Origin: Halorarum halobium
GTDB taxonomy: Archaea; Halobacteriota; Halobacteria; Halobacteriales; Haloferacaceae
NCBI RefSeq assembly: GCF_032116555.1
Contig: NZ_CP134949.1
Location: 2,418,001 to 2,482,000, forward strand
Length of the DNA stretch: 64,000 nt
Direction of reading: 5' to 3'
A program made the translations under genes and the position numbers. The notes beneath the pieces are model-generated. The model made no database searches. It worked only from the letters and a program-made list of their open reading frames with translations, and was not told where the DNA came from. Numbering within the stretch: position 1 is the stretch's first letter; each line of letters begins with the position of its first letter. This document shows, piece after piece, positions 20,384 to 29,540 of this stretch.

Positions 20384-21124
20384 TCATTTGACAGAGTCTT
20401 CGTACTCGTCGTGGCGGCGCCAGCCCCAGTACTCCTGGTCGCTGCGACCCTGGGGCTCCTCCCAGGCCTCCTGCCGGCCAAGGGCCGTGTAGTCGAGCAG
20501 CGTGTAGGTGCCGAGCAGGGCCTCGACGCCGCGGGCGTACGTGGAGTAGGTGTGGAACACGCGCTCGCCGTCCCGCAGGAAGACGCTGAGGCCGTGCCCC
20601 TCCACGCTGCCCTCTGGGACCTCATCCAGGATCTCGTAGTTGTACTCGACCGGGGCGACGCTCTCATCGAGGGTGGTGTGGAAGTCGTAGTTGAAGTCGC
20701 TCCCATGGGAGGAGTACCAGGGGAACTCCCAACCCATCCGTTCCTTGTACGACTCCAGCTTGTCCAGCGGCGCCCGGGAGACGAGCGCGAACGTGGTGTC
20801 CCGAGCGTGCAGGTGGGCGAGGTGGCCGATGTTGTCGGTCAGGAACGAGCAGATCGGGCAGCCCTCTTCCCACTCCGGGTCGAACATGAAATGATAGACG
20901 ATGAGTTGGTGACGGCCCTCGAACAGGTCGAGCAAGCTCGATTCACCGTTTGGCCCGTCGAAGACGTACTCCTCGTCGATCTCGACCATCGGCAGCCGAC
21001 GACGCTCGGCGTTGAGTTCGTCTCGCTTGCGGGTGAGTTCTTTCTCTTCGACGAGTAGATCCTCTCGAGCTTCGCGCCACTCGTCTCTCGATACGACCTT
21101 CGGTAATGCGGTTTCGTTTGTCAT
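20384..21124 (-). CDS. DUF899 thioredoxin-like protein
   Basis: VVSRDEW...LIVYHFMF...GCPICS...FHTYSTYARG. Confidence 0.92.
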   Translation of the reverse strand: MTNETALPKVVSRDEWREAREDLLVEEKELTRKRDELNAERRRLPMVEIDEEYVFDGPNGESSLLDLFEGRHQLIVYHFMFDPEWEEGCPICSFLTDNIGHLAHLHARDTTFALVSRAPLDKLESYKERMGWEFPWYSSHGSDFNYDFHTTLDESVAPVEYNYEILDEVPEGSVEGHGLSVFLRDGERVFHTYSTYARGVEALLGTYTLLDYTALGRQEAWEEPQGRSDQEYWGWRRHDEYEDSVK

Positions 21125-21158
21125 TGGTTTGTCTCTAGTGTACTCTCACTCCCAGTTC

Positions 21159-21899
21159 TCACGTCGATACGTAGCCCCGCCCATCGCCTACGGTGACGCG
21201 CATCACGGCCCCGGCACGCGAGTCGTCCGTGATGAGTTCCACGACCCCGGCCGCGATGTCCTCGGGAGCGAGGATTTCGTCCGCCGCGCGTAGCTCCGCT
21301 AATTGCTCTTCGCCGAGACCGAGGGCCATGGGCGTGTCGACGAGTTCAGGACAGATCGTGTTTACTCGGATCTCGGATTCATCGTCCAGGTGCGCGAGCG
21401 ATCGCGAGAAGTTGACCACGCCCGCCTTCGCAGCAGCGTACACAGGGGCGTCCGCCATCGGTGCCAGTCCGATCAGCGAGGCGGTGTTGACGATCACTCC
21501 GCCTCTGCCTGTCCGCTTCATCTCCCGGACCGCAATGCGGGTCGCATCGATCACCGCCGTGAGGTCGACGTCGACGATGCGCTCCCAGTCGCCGGGATCG
21601 TCGGCAAACAGGTCTCCGCCGGCGATGCCAGCGTTGTTGAACGCGATGTCGAGCAGGCCAAAGCGATCCACCGCGAGTGCAAACGCTCCGGCGAGGTCGT
21701 CAGTCTCCGTGACGTCGCAGCGAGTGAAGACAGCAGTGCCGCCCAGCCCGTCAACGAGGTCGACAGTTTGTCGCCCTCCCTCCTCGTCGACGTCAGCGAC
21801 GACGACCGATGCTCCCCGCTCGGCGAGCGCGAGGACTGTGGCCCGCCCGATCCCCGAGCCGCCACCACTTACGACGGCCACCGTGTCCGTGATGTTCAC
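21159..21899 (-). CDS. SDR family oxidoreductase
   Basis: SGGGSGIG, NNAG, YAAAK; GTG start after a purine-rich RBS. Confidence 0.88.
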   Translation of the reverse strand: MNITDTVAVVSGGGSGIGRATVLALAERGASVVVADVDEEGGRQTVDLVDGLGGTAVFTRCDVTETDDLAGAFALAVDRFGLLDIAFNNAGIAGGDLFADDPGDWERIVDVDLTAVIDATRIAVREMKRTGRGGVIVNTASLIGLAPMADAPVYAAAKAGVVNFSRSLAHLDDESEIRVNTICPELVDTPMALGLGEEQLAELRAADEILAPEDIAAGVVELITDDSRAGAVMRVTVGDGRGYVST

Positions 21900-22093
21900 G
21901 TTGTTCTCCCCCGCCTCACTCTCGAAACGACAGGTCGTGCGCTTCGAGTGTCTCGAAGCGTCTTCGGCGCCTCGGCGTTCAGTTCGTCGCGCTTCCAGGT
22001 GAGTTCCTTCTCCTTTTCGAGGAGTTCGATGCGGGCTGCTCGCCATTCGTCTCGTGAGACGACCGCCGGAAGGTCGAGTTCGGGTTGTGTCAT
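21896..22093 (-). pseudogene. Second DUF899 gene, only the N-terminal ~41 aa remain
   Basis: LPAVVSRDEWRAARIELLEKEKELTWKRDELNAE closely matches the N-terminus of 20384-21124. Confidence 0.75.
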
Positions 22094-22115
22094 GATTGTC
22101 TCTCCTGTCGTGGCG

Positions 22116-22763
22116 TCACTCCCTTCCGACCCGGTACCCGAGATGCGTGACGTCGGGCGAATCGACCACCCACGTTCGTTCCAGTTCGATCGGCCCGGTA
22201 CCGAGATGCTCGAACAATCGGATACCGTCACCAAACAGTACGGGAACGACGTGAAGCTGAATCTCGTCCACGAGTCCCGCCTCGACGTACTGGCGGACGA
22301 CGTCCGCACCGCCCGAGATTCGGACGTCCCCGTCGCCAGCGGCCTCCTCGGCGCGTTCGAGGGCGCGTTCGATTCCCTCGGTGACGAAGTGGAAGGTCGT
22401 CCCGCCGTCCATCTCGAGCGGCTCCCGGGCGTGGTGCGTGAGGACGAACACTGGCGCGCCGAAGGGCGGGTCGTCGCCCCAGGGCCCTTCGAACGGGTCG
22501 TCTCCCCACGGACCGTCGCCGTTGTCGAACATCCGCCGGCCCATCACGAAGGCGCCGGCCCGTTCGATCGATTTCGCCACGATCTCGTCGTCCCGGTTGG
22601 TCTCGCCCCCCTCGAGGCCCTGCTGCTCGCGCCAGGCCGCCAGGTCGAACACCCATTCGTGGAGCCGCTCGCCGCCATCACCCAGGGGGTTCTCCCGGCT
22701 ATCGTTCGGGCCGGCGATGTACCCATCGAGCGACATCGACATGTCGACGAAGACGGTTCCCAT
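22116..22763 (-). CDS. Dihydrofolate reductase-like (RibD C-terminal) protein
   Basis: SMSLDGYIAG, VMGRRMF, ISGGA, LVDEIQLHVVPVLFGDG. Confidence 0.9.
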   Translation of the reverse strand: MGTVFVDMSMSLDGYIAGPNDSRENPLGDGGERLHEWVFDLAAWREQQGLEGGETNRDDEIVAKSIERAGAFVMGRRMFDNGDGPWGDDPFEGPWGDDPPFGAPVFVLTHHAREPLEMDGGTTFHFVTEGIERALERAEEAAGDGDVRISGGADVVRQYVEAGLVDEIQLHVVPVLFGDGIRLFEHLGTGPIELERTWVVDSPDVTHLGYRVGRE

Positions 22764-22764
22764 G

Positions 22765-23256
22765 CTACGGGGTCCCTCCGTTTGCCAGGTGTTTGGCGAG
22801 CCGGCCCAGGGTCTGCTTCGCGCCGTCGTCGGCGCCGAACTCCGCTATGCTCTCGTCCAGCGCCGCGGCCGACTCGTATTGCTGGCGCATTGTGAGTTCG
22901 GTCGTGCCGCCCTCTCGCTCGTCGAACGTCACCGTCATCCGAAACATCTCGGGATCGTCGGGAGAGCCATGGGTGTAGACCAGGCGCTCGGGTTCCTCAA
23001 CTTCGTCGTAGACGACCCGGTTCGGGTACTCGTCGCCGTCGGGGCCAGTCATCACGAACCGCCAGGTTCCGCCGGGCCGTACCTCCATCTCGTCGGTCGT
23101 GGTCGTGAAGCCGTTCGGTCCCCACCACTGGTCGACCTGCTCCGGGTCCGTCCACGCCTCGAACACACGCTCCCGCGGTGCATCGAACGTTCGTCGGACG
23201 GTCATCGTTCGTTCGCTCGTTTCGATCTCGGTTTCGTTGGTCGTGTCGTCCGTCAT
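22765..23256 (-). CDS. SRPBCC (AHSA1-like) protein
   Basis: RTFDAPRERVFEAWTDP..WWGP; EVRPGG; PERLVY. Confidence 0.9.
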   Translation of the reverse strand: MTDDTTNETEIETSERTMTVRRTFDAPRERVFEAWTDPEQVDQWWGPNGFTTTTDEMEVRPGGTWRFVMTGPDGDEYPNRVVYDEVEEPERLVYTHGSPDDPEMFRMTVTFDEREGGTTELTMRQQYESAAALDESIAEFGADDGAKQTLGRLAKHLANGGTP

Positions 23257-23825
23257 TGATTTCCCTCGCCTTCTTCCGCGGGTTCGTAGGTGAGATCGAC
23301 GACCCCCGAGCCGATCGTCTCCGTCTCGACGAGTTCCAGACCGGCTGGCACGCTCTCGTCGGTGAAGAGCTGCGTCCCGCTCCCGTGAACGACGGGATGG
23401 ACCATGAACCGGTACTCGTCGACGAGACGGTGCTCCATGAGCGTCTGCAGCAGCTCGCCACTCCCGACCAGCAAAATGTCCGCTCCCGACTGCTGTTTCA
23501 GCGCGGCGATTTCGTCGACGACGTTCTCCGCGATCAGCTGTGCGTTCCACTCGAGATCGTCTTCGTCCAGGGTCGTCGAGACGACGTGCTTGGGGATCTC
23601 GTTGATCCAGTCTGCGTACCCGACGTCGTCCGTCATGGCTGGCCAGACTGCGGACAACCCTTGATAGGTCACGCGGCCCAGCAACAGTGCATCGAACGCA
23701 GTGATATGCTCTTTCGAGTAGCGCGCCATCTCATCGGGCCCGTTCCAGAACTGCATTTGCCACTCCGCTTGTTTATCGAAGATCCCATCGAGCGTGACCT
23801 TGTTTTCGACGACGAGTTTCCGCAT
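23253..23825 (-). CDS. Dihydrofolate reductase-like (RibD C-terminal) protein
   Basis: VTLDG, LLGRVTY, GSGELLQ, LVDEYRFMVHPVVHGSG. Confidence 0.9.
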   Translation of the reverse strand: MRKLVVENKVTLDGIFDKQAEWQMQFWNGPDEMARYSKEHITAFDALLLGRVTYQGLSAVWPAMTDDVGYADWINEIPKHVVSTTLDEDDLEWNAQLIAENVVDEIAALKQQSGADILLVGSGELLQTLMEHRLVDEYRFMVHPVVHGSGTQLFTDESVPAGLELVETETIGSGVVDLTYEPAEEGEGNQ

Positions 23826-23827
23826 GA

Positions 23828-24283
23828 CTACGCCTCCTCGACCACGTCCGCCAGGTTGTCGAAGGAAATCTCCCAGCCCATCCCGGCGCCACCGACGAAG
23901 TCGCCCTCCGGGAGTTGTTCGTGGGTGAGGACGACTGCTGTGCCGGCCTCGACGTCGGTGAACTCGACGGTGACGCGGCTGTCGACATCGGCTTCCGGGA
24001 AGTTGATCCACTGGTCCGTGTAGACGATCCGTTCGTTCTCGACGACGTCCTCGAACACACCGTCACTACCGAACCATTCGTCGTCCGTGTGGAAGCGAAT
24101 CGAACGCTCGCCGTCGGGCTCGGGCGTGAAGGCCTCGACCTCGGTCGTGACGTCGCCCGGTGACGGAGCGAACCACTCCTCCAGTTCCTCGCGCTCCGTA
24201 AATGCGCGGAATACTCCCTCGCGCGGTGCGTCGAACGTCCGGTGGATCGTCAGGCTCGTCTCGCTCGTTTCTAGATCGCTCAT
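23828..24283 (-). CDS. SRPBCC (AHSA1-like) protein
   Basis: HRTFDAPREGVFRAFT...GWEISFDNL. Confidence 0.88.
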   Translation of the reverse strand: MSDLETSETSLTIHRTFDAPREGVFRAFTEREELEEWFAPSPGDVTTEVEAFTPEPDGERSIRFHTDDEWFGSDGVFEDVVENERIVYTDQWINFPEADVDSRVTVEFTDVEAGTAVVLTHEQLPEGDFVGGAGMGWEISFDNLADVVEEA

Positions 24284-24783
24284 CGGTCTTCCTCCACGAG
24301 TGCCGCGAGGTTTCCGAGCGAGTCGTTCCACCCGGCGTTGGCGTCACTCGGGGGGATCGCCTCCGGGATGCCCTCCTGTCGGACAGTGATCTCGGTCCCG
24401 TCGGGGACGTCCTCGAAGGTAACCGACACGGTCATCTCGCCGGCCATGCTCGGCTCGTCGGTCTCGAAGGATTCGGTGTAGACGATCCGCTCGCCAGGCG
24501 AAAGCTCCCGGTAGGTGCCGCCGAAGGAGTGGCCCTGGTCCGCGAGCGCTTCGGTTTCTCCGGTGAACGTGGCGCGGAACGTCCCGCCCTCCTCGGGCTC
24601 CAGGTGGTGGACCTGGGCCGAGAAGCCAGTCGGCGGCAGCCACTGGGCGAGTTCGTCCGGATCGAGAAACGCCTCGTACACTCGCTCGGGCGATGCTTCG
24701 ATGACGCGGCTCACGGTCATGCTTCGTGAGTCATTCTGGTCGCTGTTCGTCGTCGGCTCGCTTCCGCTGTTGTCGTTTGTCAT
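24280..24783 (-). CDS. SRPBCC (AHSA1-like) protein
   Basis: SRVIEASPERVYEAFLDP...GWNDSLGNL. Confidence 0.9.
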   Translation of the reverse strand: MTNDNSGSEPTTNSDQNDSRSMTVSRVIEASPERVYEAFLDPDELAQWLPPTGFSAQVHHLEPEEGGTFRATFTGETEALADQGHSFGGTYRELSPGERIVYTESFETDEPSMAGEMTVSVTFEDVPDGTEITVRQEGIPEAIPPSDANAGWNDSLGNLAALVEEDR

Positions 24784-25118
24784 TGGTCTTCGTTCTCCAG
24801 ATGGTCGGCCAACGCGTCGAATCGGTCCTCCCAGAGCACGCGGTAGCGGGTCAGCCACCCGAACGCCTCACTCAGTGGCGCGGCGTCGAGGTGACATCGT
24901 CGAACCCGGCCGTCCTCCTCGACGTCGAGGAGGCCCGCGTCCTCCAGCACGCGAAGGTGCTTCGAGACCGCCGCCAGCGACACGTCGTGGGGGGCGGCCA
25001 GCTCGTTGACGCTCTCCGGCCCGTCCGCGAGCTGCTCGAGGATCTCCCGACGGATCGGGTGGCCCAGTGCCTTGAAGACCGCGTCGAGGTCCAGGTCGTC
25101 CGGCCGTTGTTCAACCAT
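24780..25118 (-). CDS. ArsR/SmtB family regulator of the SRPBCC operon
   Basis: VFKALGHPIRREIL...AVSKHLRVLEDAGL...GRVRRC. Confidence 0.92.
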   Translation of the reverse strand: MVEQRPDDLDLDAVFKALGHPIRREILEQLADGPESVNELAAPHDVSLAAVSKHLRVLEDAGLLDVEEDGRVRRCHLDAAPLSEAFGWLTRYRVLWEDRFDALADHLENEDQ

Positions 25119-25163
25119 CTGGTTAAACACATCCGGTTCGAGATATTAAACCTATGGGTTAAA
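25110..25163. promoter_or_regulatory. Tandem ArsR operator palindromes (TTCAACC-N4-GGTTAAA, TTAAACC-N4-GGTTAAA)
   Basis: Boxes at 25110-25127 (over the start codon) and 25146-25163 (over the TATA region); repeated at 52005-52057. Confidence 0.7.
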
Positions 25164-25508
25164 CATTCTTGATCCCTCTTCCCGGCGCTCACGCTACGTG
25201 AAGCGTTCGAGTAGATCGAATGGCCCAGGCGGCTCACACCGGTTGAGTCATTCCTCGTGACGCTGTTCGTGGTCCGGGTCGGACTCCTCCTCGCCACCGT
25301 CGATGGGGGCCGGCTCCCTCCACGGGTCCGCCGTGGTAGCAGTGGGCGCGCTCGATGACGAGTACGACCTCGGCCCCTTCGTGGCGGTCGGCACTGGCTG
25401 CGTCGAAATGAAAGTTCCCGGTCGGCGAGAAGCTCGGTGGGAACCTCCCGGACGAGTTCTGGCGGTGCGTCGCCATTGGTTTCGATCAGTTGCATCGTTC
25501 GGGGCATC

Positions 25509-26306
25509 CTATGCCACATCCTTTCGAGCGAACCACACCTGGCTAGCACCGACGAGTGCGATCGTCGCCACGAGGAGGACGCTCGCCGCCACGAGGTCGT
25601 ACTCGCCGTGCATGAGGATCGCAGTCGGGTCGAGGTAGTGCATCGGGGCGACGTTCCCGATCCAGCCGAAATCGGTGCCGGCCACGACCGATTCGAGGAG
25701 GAAGAGGCCGAAGAGTGCGCCGAGGACGCTCCGCTGGGCGATCGAGGCTCGATCCACGACGACCGAGAACAGGAGGCCGATCGCCGCACAACACAGGAGG
25801 TACGGGATCGAAAGCAGGTGCATCATCACCACGTCCAGGGCGGCGATCGGGTACCCGATGGCCCGGGACGCCACGTACACGACGACCGGAACGACGACGT
25901 TGATGGCGACGAGCGGGACGAGCACGGAGGCGAACTTCTCGGCGACGAGGCGCGACCGCGAAACGGGCAGGAACAGCAGCACGTCCATCCGGCCCCGATC
26001 CACGTCGTCGGCGATCAGGCCCGCCCCAGTGTACCCGAAGTAGAGGCCGGCCAGCAGTATCCACCCGACTGTGTACAGCTGGGAGGCGAGATACCCCTCG
26101 ATGGTCGTGAGCGACTGGAGATTGAGCGCCTCGATCATCGCGTCCGGGTACGACGACGTCAGCTGGTCGAGCGTCTCGGGGTCCATCCCCTCGACGATCG
26201 ACGGGAACGTGCCCGTGTACATCCCGGCGAGTGCGGTAAAGAGGAGCGCGAGCGCGAGCGACCCCTTGACCCGCTTTCGCCCCTCGTAGGTGGCGAGTTC
26301 AAGCAC
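25509..26306 (-). CDS. ABC-2 type exporter permease
   Basis: GAGLIADDVDRGRMDVLL..PVSRSRLVAEKF; multiple TM segments. Confidence 0.9.
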   Translation of the reverse strand: MLELATYEGRKRVKGSLALALLFTALAGMYTGTFPSIVEGMDPETLDQLTSSYPDAMIEALNLQSLTTIEGYLASQLYTVGWILLAGLYFGYTGAGLIADDVDRGRMDVLLFLPVSRSRLVAEKFASVLVPLVAINVVVPVVVYVASRAIGYPIAALDVVMMHLLSIPYLLCCAAIGLLFSVVVDRASIAQRSVLGALFGLFLLESVVAGTDFGWIGNVAPMHYLDPTAILMHGEYDLVAASVLLVATIALVGASQVWFARKDVA

Positions 26307-27279
26307 TGGCCTCACCACCGTAAAACTGCATGAAGACCTCGTCGAGTGGCGCTTCCTCGACGTCGAACTCGCGGAGTTCGTACGGCGCCACTGCGTCGAC
26401 GAGGTCGTTGACGTCCCCGGTGAACGTGAACGACACGTCGGTCACGGTCCCCGTTCCGTCGCTCTCGTCCGCCCGGAGTTTGAGGTCGTGATCGCTCTCC
26501 TCTTGCGGTGGGTTTCCCGTCTGTGCCCCGACCGTCGAACGAACGTCGAGGTCGTGGACGCCCTCGATGTCGAACGCCGTTTCGTCGACAGTGCCGTCGA
26601 TCCGGAGATGGACGACCTTGCCGCTGCGGTGAAGCAGCGATTCGACCGGTTCGGTGGCAATGAGGTGGCCGTCCCGGAGGATCGCTACGCGGTTACAAAG
26701 TCGGCGCACCTCGCTCAGGACGTGCGAGGAGAAGAAGACGGTCACGCCGCGCCGTTGTTCCTCGTGAATGTAGTCGTTGAACCGTTGCTGCATGAGGGGG
26801 TCGAGCCCCGAGGTGGGTTCGTCCATGACCACGAGGTCGGGGTCGTGCATGAACGCCTGGACGATGGCGAGTTTCTGGACGTTCCCGGTCGAGTACTCCC
26901 GGACCGGCCGATCGACGGGCGGGTCGAACCGTTCCAGCAGTTCCTCGCGCCGAGAGCCACCCTTGATATCGGCGTGGAGGTCCAGGATCTCGGTCCCCGT
27001 CGCGGTTTCGTCGAACACGGGGGTCGCCGGAAGGTAGCCTACGTCGGCCTTGGCCCGGAGGAATTCGCCTTCGTCTTCTACGTCTCGCCCGAGGATGGTC
27101 GCCGTTCCAGAGGTCGGCGATTGGAATCCAAGTATCGTCCGGATCGTGGTGGTCTTGCCCGCCCCGTTGGGCCCGAGAAAGCCGAACACCTCGCCCTCCT
27201 CGACGCTGAACGTGAGGGAGTCGATCCCGACGACGCTCCCGTAATCCTTGGTCAGATCGGTCACTTCGATCGGTGCCAT
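26299..27279 (-). CDS. ABC exporter ATP-binding protein
   Basis: GPNGAGKTT, YSTGN, MDEPTSGLD, SSH. Confidence 0.95.
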   Translation of the reverse strand: MAPIEVTDLTKDYGSVVGIDSLTFSVEEGEVFGFLGPNGAGKTTTIRTILGFQSPTSGTATILGRDVEDEGEFLRAKADVGYLPATPVFDETATGTEILDLHADIKGGSRREELLERFDPPVDRPVREYSTGNVQKLAIVQAFMHDPDLVVMDEPTSGLDPLMQQRFNDYIHEEQRRGVTVFFSSHVLSEVRRLCNRVAILRDGHLIATEPVESLLHRSGKVVHLRIDGTVDETAFDIEGVHDLDVRSTVGAQTGNPPQEESDHDLKLRADESDGTGTVTDVSFTFTGDVNDLVDAVAPYELREFDVEEAPLDEVFMQFYGGEASA

Positions 27280-27296
27280 ACTTGCCCTTCAACTCT

Positions 27297-27351
27297 ATAA
27301 CTAAATATCTTTTCCGGTTATGAAGTTATAACTGACAACCGGTTCGGTTAT
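27297..27351. promoter_or_regulatory. Two ATAAC...GGTTAT inverted repeats, candidate TetR operators
   Basis: 27297-27321 and 27328-27351, in the divergent ABC/TetR intergenic region. Confidence 0.45.
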
Positions 27352-27376
27352 ACAGTCACGGACCTGATCGTGAGAC

Positions 27377-28036
27377 ATGCGCGGATTCAGCGACGAAGAG
27401 CGTGACCGCATCCGGGAACAGCTCGTCGAGACCGGTCGCGAGTTGCTCCTCACCTACGGCCCGGAGAAAACCACCGTGAAGGACATCACGGATCCCGTCG
27501 GGATCGCCAAGCCCACCTTCTACCAGTTTTTCGACGCCAAGGGCGACCTCTATCTCGAGATTTTCCAGCGTGAACTGGAGACCTACGTCGATCGCGTGCG
27601 ATCAGAATTGGGAGAGGTAGAGGACGCCAGTGAGGGACTCGAGCGGTTCTTCTGGTGCTACGCGGAGTTCGCCGAAGGAAATCCCTTCATCCAGCAGATG
27701 ATCATCCAGGGCAATCATCAGGAGAGTCTCGGTCTTCGCAACGTCTCATCGGAGAAACTCGAGGAAGTTCAGCGAGGGAGCATGGCGGAGTTGCTTCCGT
27801 TCATCGAAGAACTACAGGCAGAGAGTGATGGACCACTTTCGGACCTCGAACCGTTCGTTCTCCTCGGTCTCATGGGTGGATCGATCGGCCTCCTCGCGCT
27901 ACATAAGGACGAATTCGAGGAATACGAGGCCGAACTCGACGGGTTCGAAGTCGGCTATTACGACCGACTCCAGGAGGTCCTCATTACCTCACTCGCAAGA
28001 GGACTGACGATCGAGCAGGGACGGGAGGGCATCTGA
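27377..28036 (+). CDS. TetR/AcrR family regulator
   Basis: GPEKTTVKDIT..VGIAKPTFYQFFDAKGDL. Confidence 0.92.
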   Translation: MRGFSDEERDRIREQLVETGRELLLTYGPEKTTVKDITDPVGIAKPTFYQFFDAKGDLYLEIFQRELETYVDRVRSELGEVEDASEGLERFFWCYAEFAEGNPFIQQMIIQGNHQESLGLRNVSSEKLEEVQRGSMAELLPFIEELQAESDGPLSDLEPFVLLGLMGGSIGLLALHKDEFEEYEAELDGFEVGYYDRLQEVLITSLARGLTIEQGREGI

Positions 28037-28079
28037 TACCGGCCCTCACACCGGGATGTCGCGGTCCCGGCGACGAATA

Positions 28080-28308
28080 GCCCCGCAGACGTCATCCGTC
28101 CGATCTCCCGGGCACTCGGGACGACCGATTGCGCGATGAACTACTTCGAACTCGCCCCCAGCGAGAGCTTCGGCTACGCGTACCACCGCCACAGCGATCA
28201 GGAGGTGTTCTACGTCCAGTCGGAAATGACTACGTTCGAGATCGAGATCGGAGAAGTTGAGGTTGGCGCCGGGGAGGCAATCAGATTCGCGCCCGGTGAA
28301 TTTCAGTT
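28080..28308 (+). pseudogene. Cupin-domain protein fragment
   Basis: MNYFELAPSESFGYAYHRHSDQEVFYV...GEAIRFAPGEFQ; truncated at both ends. Confidence 0.7.
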
Positions 28309-28576
28309 CGCAAGTCATCAACCACCGATGCGACACTGAATTCCTCCCCAAGGGGCTTGGAGGCCCGTGTCCGCGGGTGTCCTCGGTGAGAGCTCGATAT
28401 CCAGTGGCGGTGAGCGGTTGGACTTGCGGGTCGAACATCCGGTCGTCCATCGATGCACCGTGGATGCAGGCGACAAGTGGCCCGTCTTCCGGACCCCTGA
28501 CCCAGTAGTGGATCACAGAATCAGATCGTCGTAGCTGCCCACCCTCAGAACCTGTTTCACCGGCTTGATCACTCAT
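28309..28576 (-). pseudogene. Alpha/beta hydrolase N-terminal fragment
   Basis: IHYWVRGPEDGPLVACIHG...DTRGHG; no nucleophile elbow. Confidence 0.7.
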
Positions 28577-28637
28577 GTTATCTCCCGTCTTCATATTTGT
28601 GGAACATTGGAATACGTCGAAAAAACAGCAAAGCGGG

Positions 28638-29540
28638 TTAGCGGACTCGTGAACTCGCCACGCGTCGCAACAAGACGACGACAATCCCACCAAGCGCGAG
28701 GTCGAACACGCCGAGCACTACTACCGCAGGCACGATGGTATTCCAGATGCCGGAGAACGCCGTCACGTCGATCACCGTGAGGACGTCCTGGCCGAGCATC
28801 AGCGCACGAACGGCATCGACACCATACGTAACCGGGTTGACCGTCGCCACTACCTGCATCCACTTCGGTAGAGCGCTGACTGGGACAAATGCACTCGAAG
28901 CGAACAACAACGGAAACTGCAACATATACGCCCACATAGCGGTCGACGTCGCATTCTTCGTCACGAGCGCAGCGATATTTGAGAAGGCCATAAACCACAG
29001 CGAAAACAAGATAGCGATGGCGAACACGCCAAGTACGCCTCCCAGTCCCGTCTGGATGTACGTCCCGACCGAGCCACCGGAATCGATCCAGAGGATGAGG
29101 TATCCGAGTACAAGAATTATCGCCGTTTCAACGATGACTCGGATAACATCTGCGAGGGCTTTTCCGAGGAACATCGCCCCTCGGTGGGTCGGTGAGACGA
29201 GTATTTTTTCGAACATGCCACTCTCCATGTCGTCGATGAACCCCATCCCAGAGTGGATGGCTACGACCATGGCTGAGAGGATGACGATACCCGGAGTGAG
29301 GAAGGTGATGTAGGTAACATCCGCTCCAATCATCTCCTGGATTGGTCCTTCGGCAATCTGCCCGAACACCTGTGTGAATAATATCAGGAAGAGGAACGGC
29401 GTTAACAATGCCTCAAACACCACGGACGTGTTACGGACGGATTTCCGGAGCCAGCGTTTGAGCGTAACCCACACGTCGACAGGAAAATTGTTGCCAGCCG
29501 CTTGGTGCTCGGCAACCTGCTCCGTTTCGATCGTACTCAT
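28638..29540 (-). CDS. ABC-2 (DrrB-like) permease
   Basis: YITFLTPG, DMESGMFEKILVSP, NPVTYGVDAVR. Confidence 0.9.
   Translation of the reverse strand: MSTIETEQVAEHQAAGNNFPVDVWVTLKRWLRKSVRNTSVVFEALLTPFLFLILFTQVFGQIAEGPIQEMIGADVTYITFLTPGIVILSAMVVAIHSGMGFIDDMESGMFEKILVSPTHRGAMFLGKALADVIRVIVETAIILVLGYLILWIDSGGSVGTYIQTGLGGVLGVFAIAILFSLWFMAFSNIAALVTKNATSTAMWAYMLQFPLLFASSAFVPVSALPKWMQVVATVNPVTYGVDAVRALMLGQDVLTVIDVTAFSGIWNTIVPAVVVLGVFDLALGGIVVVLLRRVASSRVR

Noticed and set aside
25165..25505. Short ORFs between arsR and the ABC permease
   Set aside because: No recognisable motif; likely debris.
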